Shown here piece by piece: positions 44,653 to 56,762 of a stretch of DNA of 64,000 nucleotides. Within the stretch, counting starts at the first letter, position 1; each line of letters opens with the position of its first letter. The translations under genes and the position numbers were made by a program. Under the pieces are notes generated by a model. The model made no database searches. It had not been told where the DNA came from and saw only the letters and a list, made by a program, of their open reading frames with translations. Source of the DNA: Syncephalis fuscata S228 (lineage: Eukaryota > Fungi > Zoopagomycota); the NCBI GenBank assembly GCA_025786725.1, contig JAHLTZ010000002.1, positions 930,001 through 994,000 of the forward strand, in the 5' to 3' direction.

Positions 44653-44804
44653 CTTGCCGAACTGTTATTGTAGTAGTAGTGAAAAGTGGTAGATAGTAGG
44701 AAAAGAAAACAGTGCCAAATCAAAGCGAAATAAAGTAAACGACCGTGATGGCTGAAGTTACTCTTGGCTAAAAACAAATCAAGTGCTGGCTTCACGTGTA
44801 AGAT

Positions 44805-44951
44805 GCGCGCGTGTAAAAACTTATGGCTATGTCGCGTGGCTATGTCGCGTGAACAATAGAGTGCTTAGCTGATCGCGTGCAGTATTCAACCGCAGTAATA
44901 ATCACAAAGATTAAAACCGACAAAATACTTGGTTGTGGTAAACGCGCCAAA
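44805..44951. promoter_or_regulatory. CGCG-rich putative cell-cycle element cluster upstream of CLASP
   Basis: Several CGCG cores, tandem TGGCTATGTCGCG x2 (44824-44849), and CGCGCCAAA at 44943-44951 (TTTGGCGCG on the minus strand). Confidence 0.4.
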
Positions 44952-45926
44952 GTGTTTTGTGAGGAACAGTAAAAGAAAATGGTATTGTGGCAAGTGTAGA
45001 CACTTTTCTCTCCTATTTGTGGGTAAATACTAATGATCAGCCCTATTAATTGATCGATGACATGGCCAAAATGGCTTCACACATCCAACTCCGTTGAAAA
45101 GTAAACAAATTAAAACACGCTTTTTTCAACAACTGGATTTTTATTAACCCACAAGTACTTTATTAAGGTGTTTCTTATTAATTAATTATATACTTTTATT
45201 TGCTATCGCTGGTTGATTGATGATACAGTATAGATCCTTTTATTTAACTACACAGCTAGTGCTTATCAATAAAAGAATAAAGATCTATTGACCAAGTAAT
45301 ATGGCTTGTAAAGTACATTAGTTAAATGGTTAATATAAAACTAGAATCGTAAAATAAATTAGCCTGTAGCTTGTCGTTTTAACTTGCTATAATGCAATGT
45401 TAATGTAAATTATGTTTTTAACCTTCTAGATATGTATTATATTTAAGAAATAATATTAGAGTACGTGCCAATAGTTATTTAATGTTTTGTAGCATTTATA
45501 TTTAATTAAAATATAATATTATAGCTAAATCCATTAACGTAGTTCTAATTTAGCAGCAATACTATTAAAGTATTATATATAATTTGTATTTATCAATCAA
45601 CAAGATGATTTAGTTAATTATACTTTTACTACATCCTCTGTCTTAAGTGTACAATAACAATAGTGTGTGCGTGTGTGTGTGGTAGTCTGTTATCTATATA
45701 TACAAATTGACGCTTTGATGTAATATTTTGGTGGTAAGTAGTATTGACCAATCGTGTTCACGTTTACCATTCTATCTCACTTGTAGATCCACCCGGGTGT
45801 TATCGGTCAATTTTGCCCTTTCCTTTTTATTCCTTCTCACATTGTGTGGCTCGTGATCCGTGGACCGACCAACGCTTTTGTTGTTATAGCCACTGTGAAT
45901 CGTTTTCGTATCTTTTATTTAGCGAT

Positions 45927-46603
45927 ATGTCTGCAGAAGGTGCTACCGCCAAGATCGCTCAGTTGGCCAACTCGGCTCGTGCCAAGGTCACTGCTAGTTT
46001 GAATGCTGAATCGGCACGCAAAGCTATTGATGCTGCATCGGCCGGTGCACGTAGAGTCGCCGATACCGCTTCTAACCGGGCACAGAACATGCCTGGTCGT
46101 ATTGGTAGTAAGTAACAGTGGGGCAATAGTCGGATTAAAGTTGGAATCTAGTATTGGGTTTATCAGAAGCATATACCCCGCTACGTAATGCATATCGACG
46201 CGCGTCCATTAAATAGTCTATAGTCTGATATGGATATACTATGCACACAGACAAGTGTATTCATTACAATTATATTTCTAACAATTTCAATCAATTCTAC
46301 TGTTCAATAATAACAATAGGCTTTACACATCGATTCATCTACCAAAGCAAAGTAGCAGCAGAGATTGCCAAGGAGACTGCTCGTCGCGAGAAACTCGGTA
46401 TTCCTCCGGCTGCTGAATGGGAAGCAGCTAAAAAGGAATTGCTTGAATCAGCCAAGCAATACCAAAATCTACGCCAGCGTTTGTCACAACTTACAGTACG
46501 CGATTTTGGTCGTGCTGCTGTTGTAGCGACAGAAATCTACGGATTCTTCCTAGTGGGCGAGATTATTGGCCGTCGCAGTTTGGTCGGCTACAAGTTGGAC
46601 TAA
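45927..46603 (+). CDS. ATP20: Mitochondrial ATP synthase subunit g (intron 46108-46319)
   Basis: YQSKVAAEIAK...EKLGIPP...ATEIYGFFLVGEIIGRRSLVGY. Confidence 0.93.
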
Positions 46604-46848
46604 TGGACGCGCGTTATATTGTTTGCAACTTGTTGTTCCTATTGCACAATAATACCTATCCACATTTGCAGATCATTCTCTTTCGTGTTTTAGGCAAGTT
46701 GGCTACCATTAAAATGACATAACTGTCGTTTCTTGTCATAAGAATCCCCATTAAAACGTTATAATATGCTTTATATATATCTGTGTGTGTTTGCTTGTTT
46801 GTTTGTAATAATAAGCTACTAGTGTAAATCATTATACAGCAAATCATG

Positions 46849-47205
46849 TTATTTTGTACTGGACAAATTCTCCAATTCCGCCTAAATACGACCATGGTTT
46901 AATGTATCATATATCATACATATAATAGTTTAGACTCTATACACAATATACCGTAACTATATTTACCTGAGTCTTTTCACGCTTACGTTCCTTGGCAAGT
47001 GCCATACGTTGTTGAACTAATGAACCAGTCACCACCATACCATAGACTATTAATAGTATAGCAACAACAGTAATAATAATAATAATATAGATTAGTCTAC
47101 TGGCTCTAGTTGCGTGTTTATAACGATAAACTATTTATAATTACCTGTAACTCCGGCCAAAGCAACGACCGTTGTACGATGAATAAGATCAGCAATAGAA
47201 ATCAT
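46849..47205 (-). CDS. COX14: Cytochrome c oxidase assembly factor Cox14-like, 3 exons (absent from the ORF track)
   Basis: MISIADLIHRTTVVALAGVT-VYGMVVTGSLVQQRMALAKERKREKTQ-AELENLSSTK*; D..HR.TV..L.G.T.Y matches Cox14; last exon less certain. Confidence 0.7.
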
Positions 47206-47386
47206 TCTTCAAAGCAGTAAAGTTTAGTTGAAAAGTGAAATAGAATAGAAAAAGAAAGGCTATTTTTCCCATACGAAATAATCAATACCGCTTTAAAACA
47301 ATTTATTTTATTAATGTTTAATCATTGCTATACGTAAATCGGTTATTTAATGGCTGATATTTAATATAAAACTGGTTAAAAGATAT

Positions 47387-48462
47387 TTAGCTATTAATTG
47401 ATTGATAACCATCACGACGTTGACGTGTTCGGTCTATAATACTGCTGCCTCGATTGCGTGTCATGGTATGGCTTTGACTAAAGTATCGAACATAAAGCCA
47501 TGCTTCTGCGGCAGCTACAACTAAACTGACCAAAATTGCCCACAATACACGCTAATTAATTTACAAGTATACAAGTATACAAGTATATAAATAAATGGTT
47601 AATACATTAACAATTCATTCCTTATTAATTTATACTTACCATAGCCATATCGTTGGTTATCATACCGGTGGCCCAGTATACAGCGGTAAATACACCGGCA
47701 ATACTAAATAGCACATTAAGAATTGCTACTAGCTGTCTTTGTGTTTGTCGTGCTTCATTTCCAGCACTTTCATCAGTATTCTGATAGCCTGAAAGACCAA
47801 AACCGGGTGAAATGTCATGTACCATATGGGCATATTCTCGATTGGCATGTTCAACACGAATGGCTTCTAATCTAGCTGCCAATTCAGGATTCTAATTAAA
47901 TGGTTATCATTATTATTATATCAACTATATTAATACACATTCATCTATTCTATTCATTCCCTTTAGTTACCTGAGGAGGGATGGGTAATGGAGGATCAAT
48001 GACCACACCACTATCACGTAATAGTTCATGTAACCAATATTGTGACTTTTCTATACTGCTATTAATGATTGGTATTTAACTATTTATTGCTTGGTACTTA
48101 CCCATCGTCATACCAATGCTGCGTTCATAACTAAGCATGCGACGTGACAACTCTTCTAATAATACAAGGGGTACACCTTTTGTTCCAGTCGTGGTGGGTA
48201 TTTCTTCAAATGTTTCGATGCTTTCATTTAATGCGCTTGTAGTAGATGCTTTTTGTTTATGGTCGATAGAGCTTTGTGAAGCAACGCTACGACGTCGCCC
48301 TCCTCCTGTGCTAGATGCTGTTTTGCGCATAGGTATGCTTGTGTCATTTATGCCAGGAATGCTTTTTTGTACTCGGCTACAGAAGCCAATATCTTTGTCA
48401 AGGCATAGAATGGCATTACGAGCAGCATGGCGAATACGCTCGGTTATTTGAAGCTGTAACAT
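47387..48462 (-). CDS. VMA12: V-ATPase assembly factor Vma12/TMEM199
   Basis: WLHELLRDSGVVI, ELAARLEAIR...REYAHMV, ILNVLFSIAGVF, VAAAEAWLY. Confidence 0.85.
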
Positions 48463-48853
48463 GTTGAAGACTGACAACCACTAGAATAGCCAGGTAGCAG
48501 CAATAACAACAGCAACAGGTACGTTTAAGGATGGCGTGTTAATAGCAAGGATAGTAAAGAATGGGACGTCATCTACAACGTTACATATATATTGTATTAT
48601 ATATTATATTTGTTGTGTGAGAATGAGTATCTATAATAGAACTACTCTATAACCATCAACTATTGACAAGTTGACAGTTTTAACTAATAACTAGAAGTGT
48701 TTAATGGCTACATACCAATAATGGATGTGTGTGTGTGTGCGAGTCTACTTCTGGCTTTCATTCTATCGACTATTCTTTCTTTCGTCGTTTATCGGAAATC
48801 TACGTGTGTCTTGTGCCGTTTAGTTAGCACGATTCCAACTCTTTAACATCATC

Positions 48854-49163
48854 ATGGGTGGCTATTATTTGATTGCTGGTCGCAAGGTTGCCAACGAATA
48901 CGTAAGTACTCGATCCAGGATTAGTTTAGCGTATGGATTCAAGGACTAATATAATGACGAATATGATACTATGGCGTGTCTAGCTTGCTATGGCTGTACT
49001 CGGCTCTATTGTTGGTGGTGTTACTTGGGCCAAGCTATCTTCTTCTCGCAAGAACGACATCAAGAATGGACCACCCATTACTGCATCGTCTAGCGATGAG
49101 GAATCGTTCATTCGTCAATTTATGGCGGCGGCCGAGGATAAGGAACAGCCTTCAAAGCACTAA
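48854..49163 (+). CDS. ATP19: Mitochondrial ATP synthase subunit k, 2 exons
   Basis: MGGYYLIAGRKVANEY-LAMAVLG...PPITASSSDEESFIRQF. Confidence 0.88.
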
Positions 49164-49513
49164 ATCGTAGCAAAGAAACTACAACCAACCATGTTAATGG
49201 AAATATAACATACGAAGATATTAACCATAGTTGACCTTATTGTTGGTTATTTTTGCACTATGAATTTACAAGAAATAGAATAATCAGTTTCTTGTCTAAT
49301 ACGTTTAAATAATGTGAATACGTGTATTTTATATATTTATATTGATACAATGACAATAATGTTAATTAATTAATTAATTATTATTATTATTACATATAAA
49401 TATTAATGTGGATTCTAATTAATTAAATGTAATTCATTTCCACTATCATAGAATAGTAATTTAATAATCATAATCATAATAATAATAATAATAATAGTAA
49501 AAGTGAAATGGGA

Positions 49514-51049
49514 TTAACGCCATAAACATTTAGTTTGTGGACGTGCTTTATGGAGTTTTGCCGTAATAACTTCCCAGGCAGCCATCGATTCTTCATCATT
49601 TGGAACATCAATATTACCGGCTAGTTCCAATTTACGTAATTGAGGCAATGCACCAGCTATCAATGCATCTACTAATCTTTCAAATCCAGATGTATCCACC
49701 TGGTTACTGCTTAGATCAAGGAGAGTGAGTGCGGTATTATTAGACCATGATGCAATTTGATTAAAAATATTGGCCGATAATGTTATTTGATTGCCATAAA
49801 GTGTAATCTGGGTAATTGAAGATGAAGAGTTTAAAAGTGCCGCCAAACCAATATCGGTGATGTCGTTCTTTGATAAGTCGAGTGAAATACCCGCTACAGC
49901 AGCAGTAAGAATGTAGTCATCATTGGTATTTTTGGTGGCTGTAGCAATAGCACTTGGTAGTGGTGTGACTGATACTGCTAACTGACTGGCCCCTTCATCG
50001 CCCAGTGTATTTCCGCGTAATGTAACCTCACAGATCCGATTACCAGGACGTGTAAGTAGTTGGGCCAGATGATTAGCACCTACTGCAGTTACTCCACATT
50101 GATCCAGTTTTATTTCTTCAAGTGCCAATGAAGTGGCCAATACATCCTTGCTTGTTTCGTTTAAAGCCGATAAAAATGCATCACCAGGTGTTATATCTTC
50201 TGTGGCATCTTTGCTACCAACCTCTTTACTACTGCTTCCTTGTTCATTTTCTTTATTCTCATTGTCTTCCGGGGCTGTTGCATAACAATCGGATAGTATA
50301 ATCTTACGACAAAGTGATGAAGGGTGCGAAAGTGTACAGCCTAGCTGTGTCATACCCGTCACGTCTAACTCGGTATTACCGGCTAGATTCAATTCTTGTA
50401 AACCGTGTTTTGACTTGTTGCCATCTGAGGGTAAAAGAACGGTGGCAATATCGGTGGCAAAATCTACACCTAATTTGTTAAAGCTTAGATCTAACGCTAT
50501 CAATGAACCTTGAGCGACTCTATTCGCTTTAACACCCGCCATAATCGATTTAATGGTTGTATCGGTCAAATCATTCTCGGTCAGTATAACATGAGTTAGA
50601 CTATGATTATTTGTTAGCATGCCTCGTACTGCTTCGGGAATAGCATTGGATGCTGTTGCTGTTGCAGCTGCTCCAATGCCACATCGGCCCCAATCCAATA
50701 GATGGAGGGATTGATTTTTGCCAATAGCTGTACATAATGCTTCAAATCCAGTGGGTGCCCGCACGGCCAATTCGCGATCACCAAGTGTCAACGACTGTAG
50801 CGTATGATTATGCTGTCCTAGCGTTTGAGCGAGTGCCGAAAGAGACGCGTTCGACTGTGCATGTCCGCCACAATGCAGCTGAGTAAGTGTATGGTTGTCA
50901 GCAAGTGCAGCAAATAGTTGCGCAAACTGGTCAGCCGTTAAACGGCGCGCCGTCATAACATGCAACGAAACAAAATGAGAATCATTGGTATGTAGACGCC
51001 GAATCCAGTTGTCGACTGCTGTTTGGTTATCGTTGTTTCCCCAAACCAT
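49514..51049 (-). CDS. Leucine-rich repeat protein (ribonuclease-inhibitor-like), intronless
   Basis: Repeated LxxLxLxxNxL units (LDLSFNKLG, LNLAGN, LDLSKNDIT, LDLSSNQV). Confidence 0.85.
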   Translation of the reverse strand: MVWGNNDNQTAVDNWIRRLHTNDSHFVSLHVMTARRLTADQFAQLFAALADNHTLTQLHCGGHAQSNASLSALAQTLGQHNHTLQSLTLGDRELAVRAPTGFEALCTAIGKNQSLHLLDWGRCGIGAAATATASNAIPEAVRGMLTNNHSLTHVILTENDLTDTTIKSIMAGVKANRVAQGSLIALDLSFNKLGVDFATDIATVLLPSDGNKSKHGLQELNLAGNTELDVTGMTQLGCTLSHPSSLCRKIILSDCYATAPEDNENKENEQGSSSKEVGSKDATEDITPGDAFLSALNETSKDVLATSLALEEIKLDQCGVTAVGANHLAQLLTRPGNRICEVTLRGNTLGDEGASQLAVSVTPLPSAIATATKNTNDDYILTAAVAGISLDLSKNDITDIGLAALLNSSSSITQITLYGNQITLSANIFNQIASWSNNTALTLLDLSSNQVDTSGFERLVDALIAGALPQLRKLELAGNIDVPNDEESMAAWEVITAKLHKARPQTKCLWR

Positions 51050-51248
51050 GATAAACACGAACAGTAGTAGTATAGTTAGTGTAGATAGTAGAATGAATAC
51101 TTTGTAATGATGGTAATAGTTGATTTCTCTTGTAACAATTTAATATTTGCTCAGTTTATTTGAATTAACATTCTGGTTATTTTCTTTATTAGTGTCCACC
51201 ACATCCTACGACATTAATACAGACCTGTCTCTGTCGCTATCCGTAGTG

Positions 51249-52795
51249 ATGGATACGGAGCCTGCCGACGTGGCTTGCCGTCGTAATCAGAGACCAGATT
51301 CTATGCGAGCTATTGATACGCTGCCAATACGTCCGACGCTGCGTGCGCGATTACATACCAATGGCTACCATACTGTAAAAGATTTGGCTATTGGCTACCA
51401 CGAAGGACATATTACAACACGTAAATAATGGTCGAGAGTAGTATTTATTGCAGCTATATAGGCTAACTATTTATTTAGGTATGGGTGTATCTGAAAATGA
51501 ATTGCTACAAATACAAGAGTATTTACGGTCATTAGAACAGAAAGGTAGGTCAAGGTTGTTATTTAGCTAGATAATTAGCAATTAAAAGCAATAAAATAAG
51601 AGTTAGGATCAAGTGGTGGTATAATGCATTGGAGATGCTACAGCATGAAGAAGAGCCCAATCATCGTATTACTACGGGGATTCATCAATTAGATAGTTTG
51701 TTAGGTGGTGGCGGTATACCTTGTGGACAACTTGTAGAAATTTGTGGCGAACCAGGCATTGGCAAGACACAGTTGGGGTAATTAAATAGTGAGAGCGATC
51801 GTAACACATATTAACAAGCACTATTAGAATGCAACTGGCCGTCAATGTTCAACTACCTCGAGCATTATCGGGTGTAGCTGGAGAAGCCGTGTATATTGGT
51901 ATGTATTACCAAGTGTATAGTTAGTTGATGGGAATTAACATATTGCCACAGATACTGAGGGTAGTTTCCGACCAGAGCGGGTACATAAACTAGCTGAATA
52001 TGCGGCAAGACGTGCAAATGAACAGTTAAAATGTACGTGTCTACTGCATAATGTTTATAATTCTTATATTTATTTATTTGTTGTATTGACAAATAGTCGA
52101 TGCAATGCGAGTACCAGATGTGTTACATCGTATTCATTACTTTAGAGTACATACACACTTGGAATTAATTGCCTTAATTCATACGTTAGAAGAATTTGTA
52201 CGATCACGAACCAAGGTATGTTTATGGCTGTTATTACTGTTGTACCAATATTAATTACCAAGCTAGATTCGTTTAATCGTTATTGATAGTATTGCTTTTC
52301 CATTTCGACAAAGTTTTGAGAATATGTCACAAAGAATACGCCTATTAACAAATATTGCTCGTTCTCTTTTGTCAATGGCTCGTCAATATCAACTTGGTGT
52401 AAGTAGCTAGTTGTATAGCAATAGATGGCTAATATCAGTATAGGTATTAATGATCAATCAAATGACGACACAATTGAATCATGCTCAAGGAACATCTACG
52501 CTAGTGCCGGCCCTGGGAGATAGCTGGGGACATATGCCAAATATACGTCTAACTTTATTTTGGAGACAGAATATTAGGTAGTTTGTACATCTACAATAAT
52601 TATCATTTTGTAAAAATAACCAATGTAATAGATACGCGCTATTATTCAAATCGCCACTTCTTGCGGATGCACTGGCAGCATTTACCATTACAGTACGTGA
52701 ATGGGCATTAGATTGATTTACTTGATATTCTAACTAAATAATTATGTGATATTTAGTCAAATGGATTAGTTGATCTAGATGTGAATACCATATAA
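51249..52795 (+). CDS. RAD51C: RAD51 paralog C, multi-exon
   Basis: [86 protein letters not shown]; the exon 2/3 junction needs a GAG acceptor or a 1-nt correction. Confidence 0.88.
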
Positions 52796-52944
52796 TATTC
52801 GTATAATTTAAAGGCACCCAGTATTGTATAGTAACTGCTGTTTATTGATTAGTTGGAATAAAAACAATTTAAAATATTTATTGTTATTAAAATAAGAGGA
52901 AAAGTGCTACGGCTATTGCTGGATATGTCGCGCTGTATCTATGT

Positions 52945-54156
52945 TTATTTTCCGCGACCACCGAAGCCAAGGCGGCCTGGACGAGTGCCAAGCGCCAACG
53001 CTGTACTAATATCATCCTCGACATCTTCTAAGATAGATGGGCCTGGTGAAAATATTTTCTCGTGGCTAACTGTCTTTCCTTCGGTTACTGGATCAATTAC
53101 TGTATGGCCACCGCGCATTAGCTGAGCTGCTCGTGTATCAAAATGACCTGCAGTTTCGCGAACAGCGTGAACCGTTTTGTCCTGTGCAACACCAGCAAAA
53201 GCCGTACCAATCGTTTCTCCTAACAGCGAGGCACCCTTTTTGGTGATGGCATCGGTGATGGCAGGCGTGCCTATTGTTTTGAGCATGATTGCTCCACCAA
53301 CAAGTCCACTAACGGCACCACCGATGATGTTGGGAATTAGACCAACGGCGGTATCTTTAAAGCGCTGTTCCCGAGTACGTGGGTCAGCGGTGTCGTTGCG
53401 TACGCCAATGCCTAAGAATTTACGCTCGATAGCCGTTTGTGTACGATTCCAAACAACTGTACCGGCCACACCGGCTGCCGTGAAGGCTGGTACCGTTGCA
53501 CCCATCACGCCAAGTACACCGAGACCGGCGGCAGTAGCAACTGCGCCAGATACTAGAGAGGGGGCAAGGACTTTGGCTACATTTTTCATACGACTTGATC
53601 GGCGATTTGGCGAGGGAAATAGATCGTTTTCCACGGGTACCGACGATGCAGGTGCAAAAGCGGTACCATTAGCGGCAAGAGCGGCGTTTTTTTTTTTTCT
53701 TGAAGCTCGGCCACTTCTACCGCTGTTAATGCGCCCACCTTGAAGCCGGTCGATACAGATCCACCTATTGTATCGGCAACATCGGCCCCCATTTTACCAA
53801 GTTGTAAGGCTTGGCCCAGTCCATTACTAATGAAGCCGGTTACCAAGCTAATGCCAAACTGATTACCAATTTCTTTGGCCTCTTTAACAACTTTCTCCTC
53901 CAAAGTAGTATGATTACTCTGGCCAGGCAGATCAATAAACACCGGCTTTCCAGGCAGTGAGTCTACCATAGTTCCATTATGACCTGATGCTAATGTTTAC
54001 TATCACTGATGGGTACAGGGGAAGCAACAACAGTAGTGGTCACAGATTGTACTGTTAAAATACTAAATAGACATGACACTGAAAGCAGCATCAAGGAATT
54101 TATGTGTTTATGTGGTAATTATGCTTGGAAATACCAAGTGCCAATTTTATATTCAT
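52945..54156 (-). CDS. Secreted orphan protein with Gly/Ala-rich hydrophobic helices; one intron and two apparent 1-nt frameshifts (~53997, ~53690)
   Basis: MNIKLAL-VSCLFSILTVQSVTTTVVASPVP signal peptide joins ORFs 53586-53969 and 52945-53634 if one A is added in each of two A-runs. Confidence 0.65.
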
Positions 54157-55925
54157 TACCAGCTATTATGTGAAGATGTGCAACAACAATCAATAAATCT
54201 AGCAAATTATATCGCTATTAAATTAAGCAAGTCTTTAAATAATAATAATAGGTTGATGATGATAAACAGATCGAAGGATCTGGTAGAAGACGTCACTAGC
54301 AGAAGATAGAAGAGAATAGATGGCGTTAATAAGACCTAATAGATTGGGAAAGTAATGTTGGATAAACTTGAAGGTCATAAGACTGAAACAATCTGTTGTA
54401 CTTAGCTTTATACCGGATGCAGATTGCACGATAACACAATAAAAACAAAAATATTGCCCATTTATTAGCGGTAAAGATAGGTAACTGGACTATCTTTCCA
54501 TGTGTTGATGAAGTCAACAGCGGTAGTGACTCACGTGGCACCAAGTAATCGAACGCTAGTGCGTCGGTGATGATTTAGTGAAGTTTGTCTTTAAGCACGA
54601 GCGAATGACTGGTTATGGAAAAAACTACAATATATACCTTTGGGTACTCATGTTAATGCAGTTAATTGGCAATTGTAACTAGAAATTGGCACGTGAAGAC
54701 AGTTATGGTTCAGCACTAGCCAATCGGAGTGAGGTAGATTAACTGATTAATATTAATCCATCAGTTTTACTAGTTCGGCATATGGCGGTGTTTGCGGAGA
54801 TATAAAAAACGCGTGCTTCATATTTGTTTGTGAGTGTGCAAAATTATGCACCTACACACACGATACTATTGTTTCTATAACAACGACAAGAGTAACCAGC
54901 ATGGTAACACTGTGCAATGGTATACAGCTAACGGAAATGGTCCAGGACACGTTATTTCAATAATTGCCTATGCTCAGGCATGAGAATACCTGACGTGGTA
55001 GGTAGTACAAATAGTTAAAACACGGTATTTGTGGTTAAAATGGCGTCATTATTAAATAAAAACTATATTGCTAATTAGGTGCTGAAGGCAGTAGTTTACA
55101 ATTTATTGCAACATCTAGTAACAATCTTTGAATGGTAATACCAATCAAAATAGTTTTGTACCAAGTCTAATCATTCTTAAATGCTTTAATGGTCTGAATG
55201 TTATTTATAACTTTTAATGACCAGAAGCATAAACAATCGTTTTATTATGTATAATTAGTGGAGCGATTTTAATAAATTTGGCGTAAATGTCAGCCATACT
55301 TGTGTTTAACATGAAGTTAGCCGTTTAGTAATAGCACTACATTGGTGATGTTTGTTTTGTTCACTGTAATTAGTATGACTACGTTTGAGTGGATATCTAA
55401 AGCATTTTAGTTTTGAATCACAACTGGTTATTGTCTGTTCTATACTATTGTTTATAATACATTTACAAACTTCACATTATTGCGCTGAATATCTATCTCT
55501 ACACATTATTTATAAAGATTAAAAATACTATCGCAATCATATTAATTAATCTATTAAAATAATCCTAATTTTAGATACCAAAAAGTATCAAACGTTTTTA
55601 CGATCATTTTCTAATGACAAGGTGTGCTTATTAGCTAAAACTTATTTACTTGTAAATAAAACGTCCAAGTGTAAAACATTTTACTACGATACATACAAGT
55701 AAATCTAATTGTGTCTGAGTAAAAATGTGGAAACGACTATATTAAACAAATTTAGATTCAGAAAATTCACAGTTTAGTGATAGAGATACAAGACAAGTAC
55801 CATTACACTGGTTACCAATATTATTTGTAATAAAAAGACGCTGTTTCTTTGAAATGTTGGCAAATACCATTTAATCATATGTACGCGACTATTCAAATAT
55901 ACTAGTAGAAAAACTATTTTATACA

Positions 55926-56762
55926 ATGCAATCTTTTCTTCTAATTTTTGGAATATTGGCACTGCCATTTTTAGCAAGTTCTTACACTTGGGGGTGGCCT
56001 GGAACCAAGAGTAGCCTACTGCTTAATGAGGATTTCAAAAAACCATTGAATGAAAATATATGGAATTTTGATCTTGGTAATGGTTGCGAACAGAATCTCT
56101 GCCAATGGGGAAATGGCGAACAGCAAGTATACACCAAGGCTGGCATTCAAACAAATGCTGATGGGCACTTGAAAATTGTTGCTCGTCGCGAAAATGGCAA
56201 ATGGACTTCGGGCAGAATCAATACAAAAAACAAGTTTACATTCAAATACGGCCGTATTGATGTGCGCGCCAAATTGCCAACGGCTGATGGTGCTTTCCCA
56301 GCGATTTGGATGATGCCTCAAAACAGCACATATGGCACCTGGCCCAACAGCGGTGAAATTGACATTGCAGAGTACCAGTCTTCATGGACCAAGGACGATA
56401 AACGCGCTTCGCTTCAGACGCTACACTTTAAAAATCATCATGGTGGAAATGCCATGGCATTTAGTACTTCGAGCGACCCTTCCAAATGGCACACGTACAC
56501 TGTTATGTGGTCTCCCGATTATATCAAGTTTATGCGCGACAATGAGTTCAGCGGAGCCTACACTCGTCCGAAGAATGCAACGCCCGATGCATGGCCATAT
56601 AATCAGGAATTCTACATAGTTTTAAATCTGGCTATTGAGCCTTCATGGGGCAGCCGAGTCAAAGCCAACGATGACGTGCACACGCTTGAAATTGACTGGA
56701 TTCGTGTAAGCGATAGATTGGATGCATCCTCGCTATCCTGTCGCACGCCCAATTGTCGATAG
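55926..56762 (+). CDS. Secreted GH16 beta-1,3-glucanase (laminarinase type), intronless
   Basis: Signal peptide; WGNGEQQ, TSGRINT, KYGRIDVRAKLP, FPAIWMMP, WPNSGEIDIAE (catalytic ExDxxE). Confidence 0.93.
   Translation: MQSFLLIFGILALPFLASSYTWGWPGTKSSLLLNEDFKKPLNENIWNFDLGNGCEQNLCQWGNGEQQVYTKAGIQTNADGHLKIVARRENGKWTSGRINTKNKFTFKYGRIDVRAKLPTADGAFPAIWMMPQNSTYGTWPNSGEIDIAEYQSSWTKDDKRASLQTLHFKNHHGGNAMAFSTSSDPSKWHTYTVMWSPDYIKFMRDNEFSGAYTRPKNATPDAWPYNQEFYIVLNLAIEPSWGSRVKANDDVHTLEIDWIRVSDRLDASSLSCRTPNCR

Noticed and set aside
54500-54760. Possible box C/D snoRNA (GTGATGA at ~54567, CTGA at ~54743)
   Set aside because: No terminal stem or recognisable rRNA guide; more likely promoter DNA
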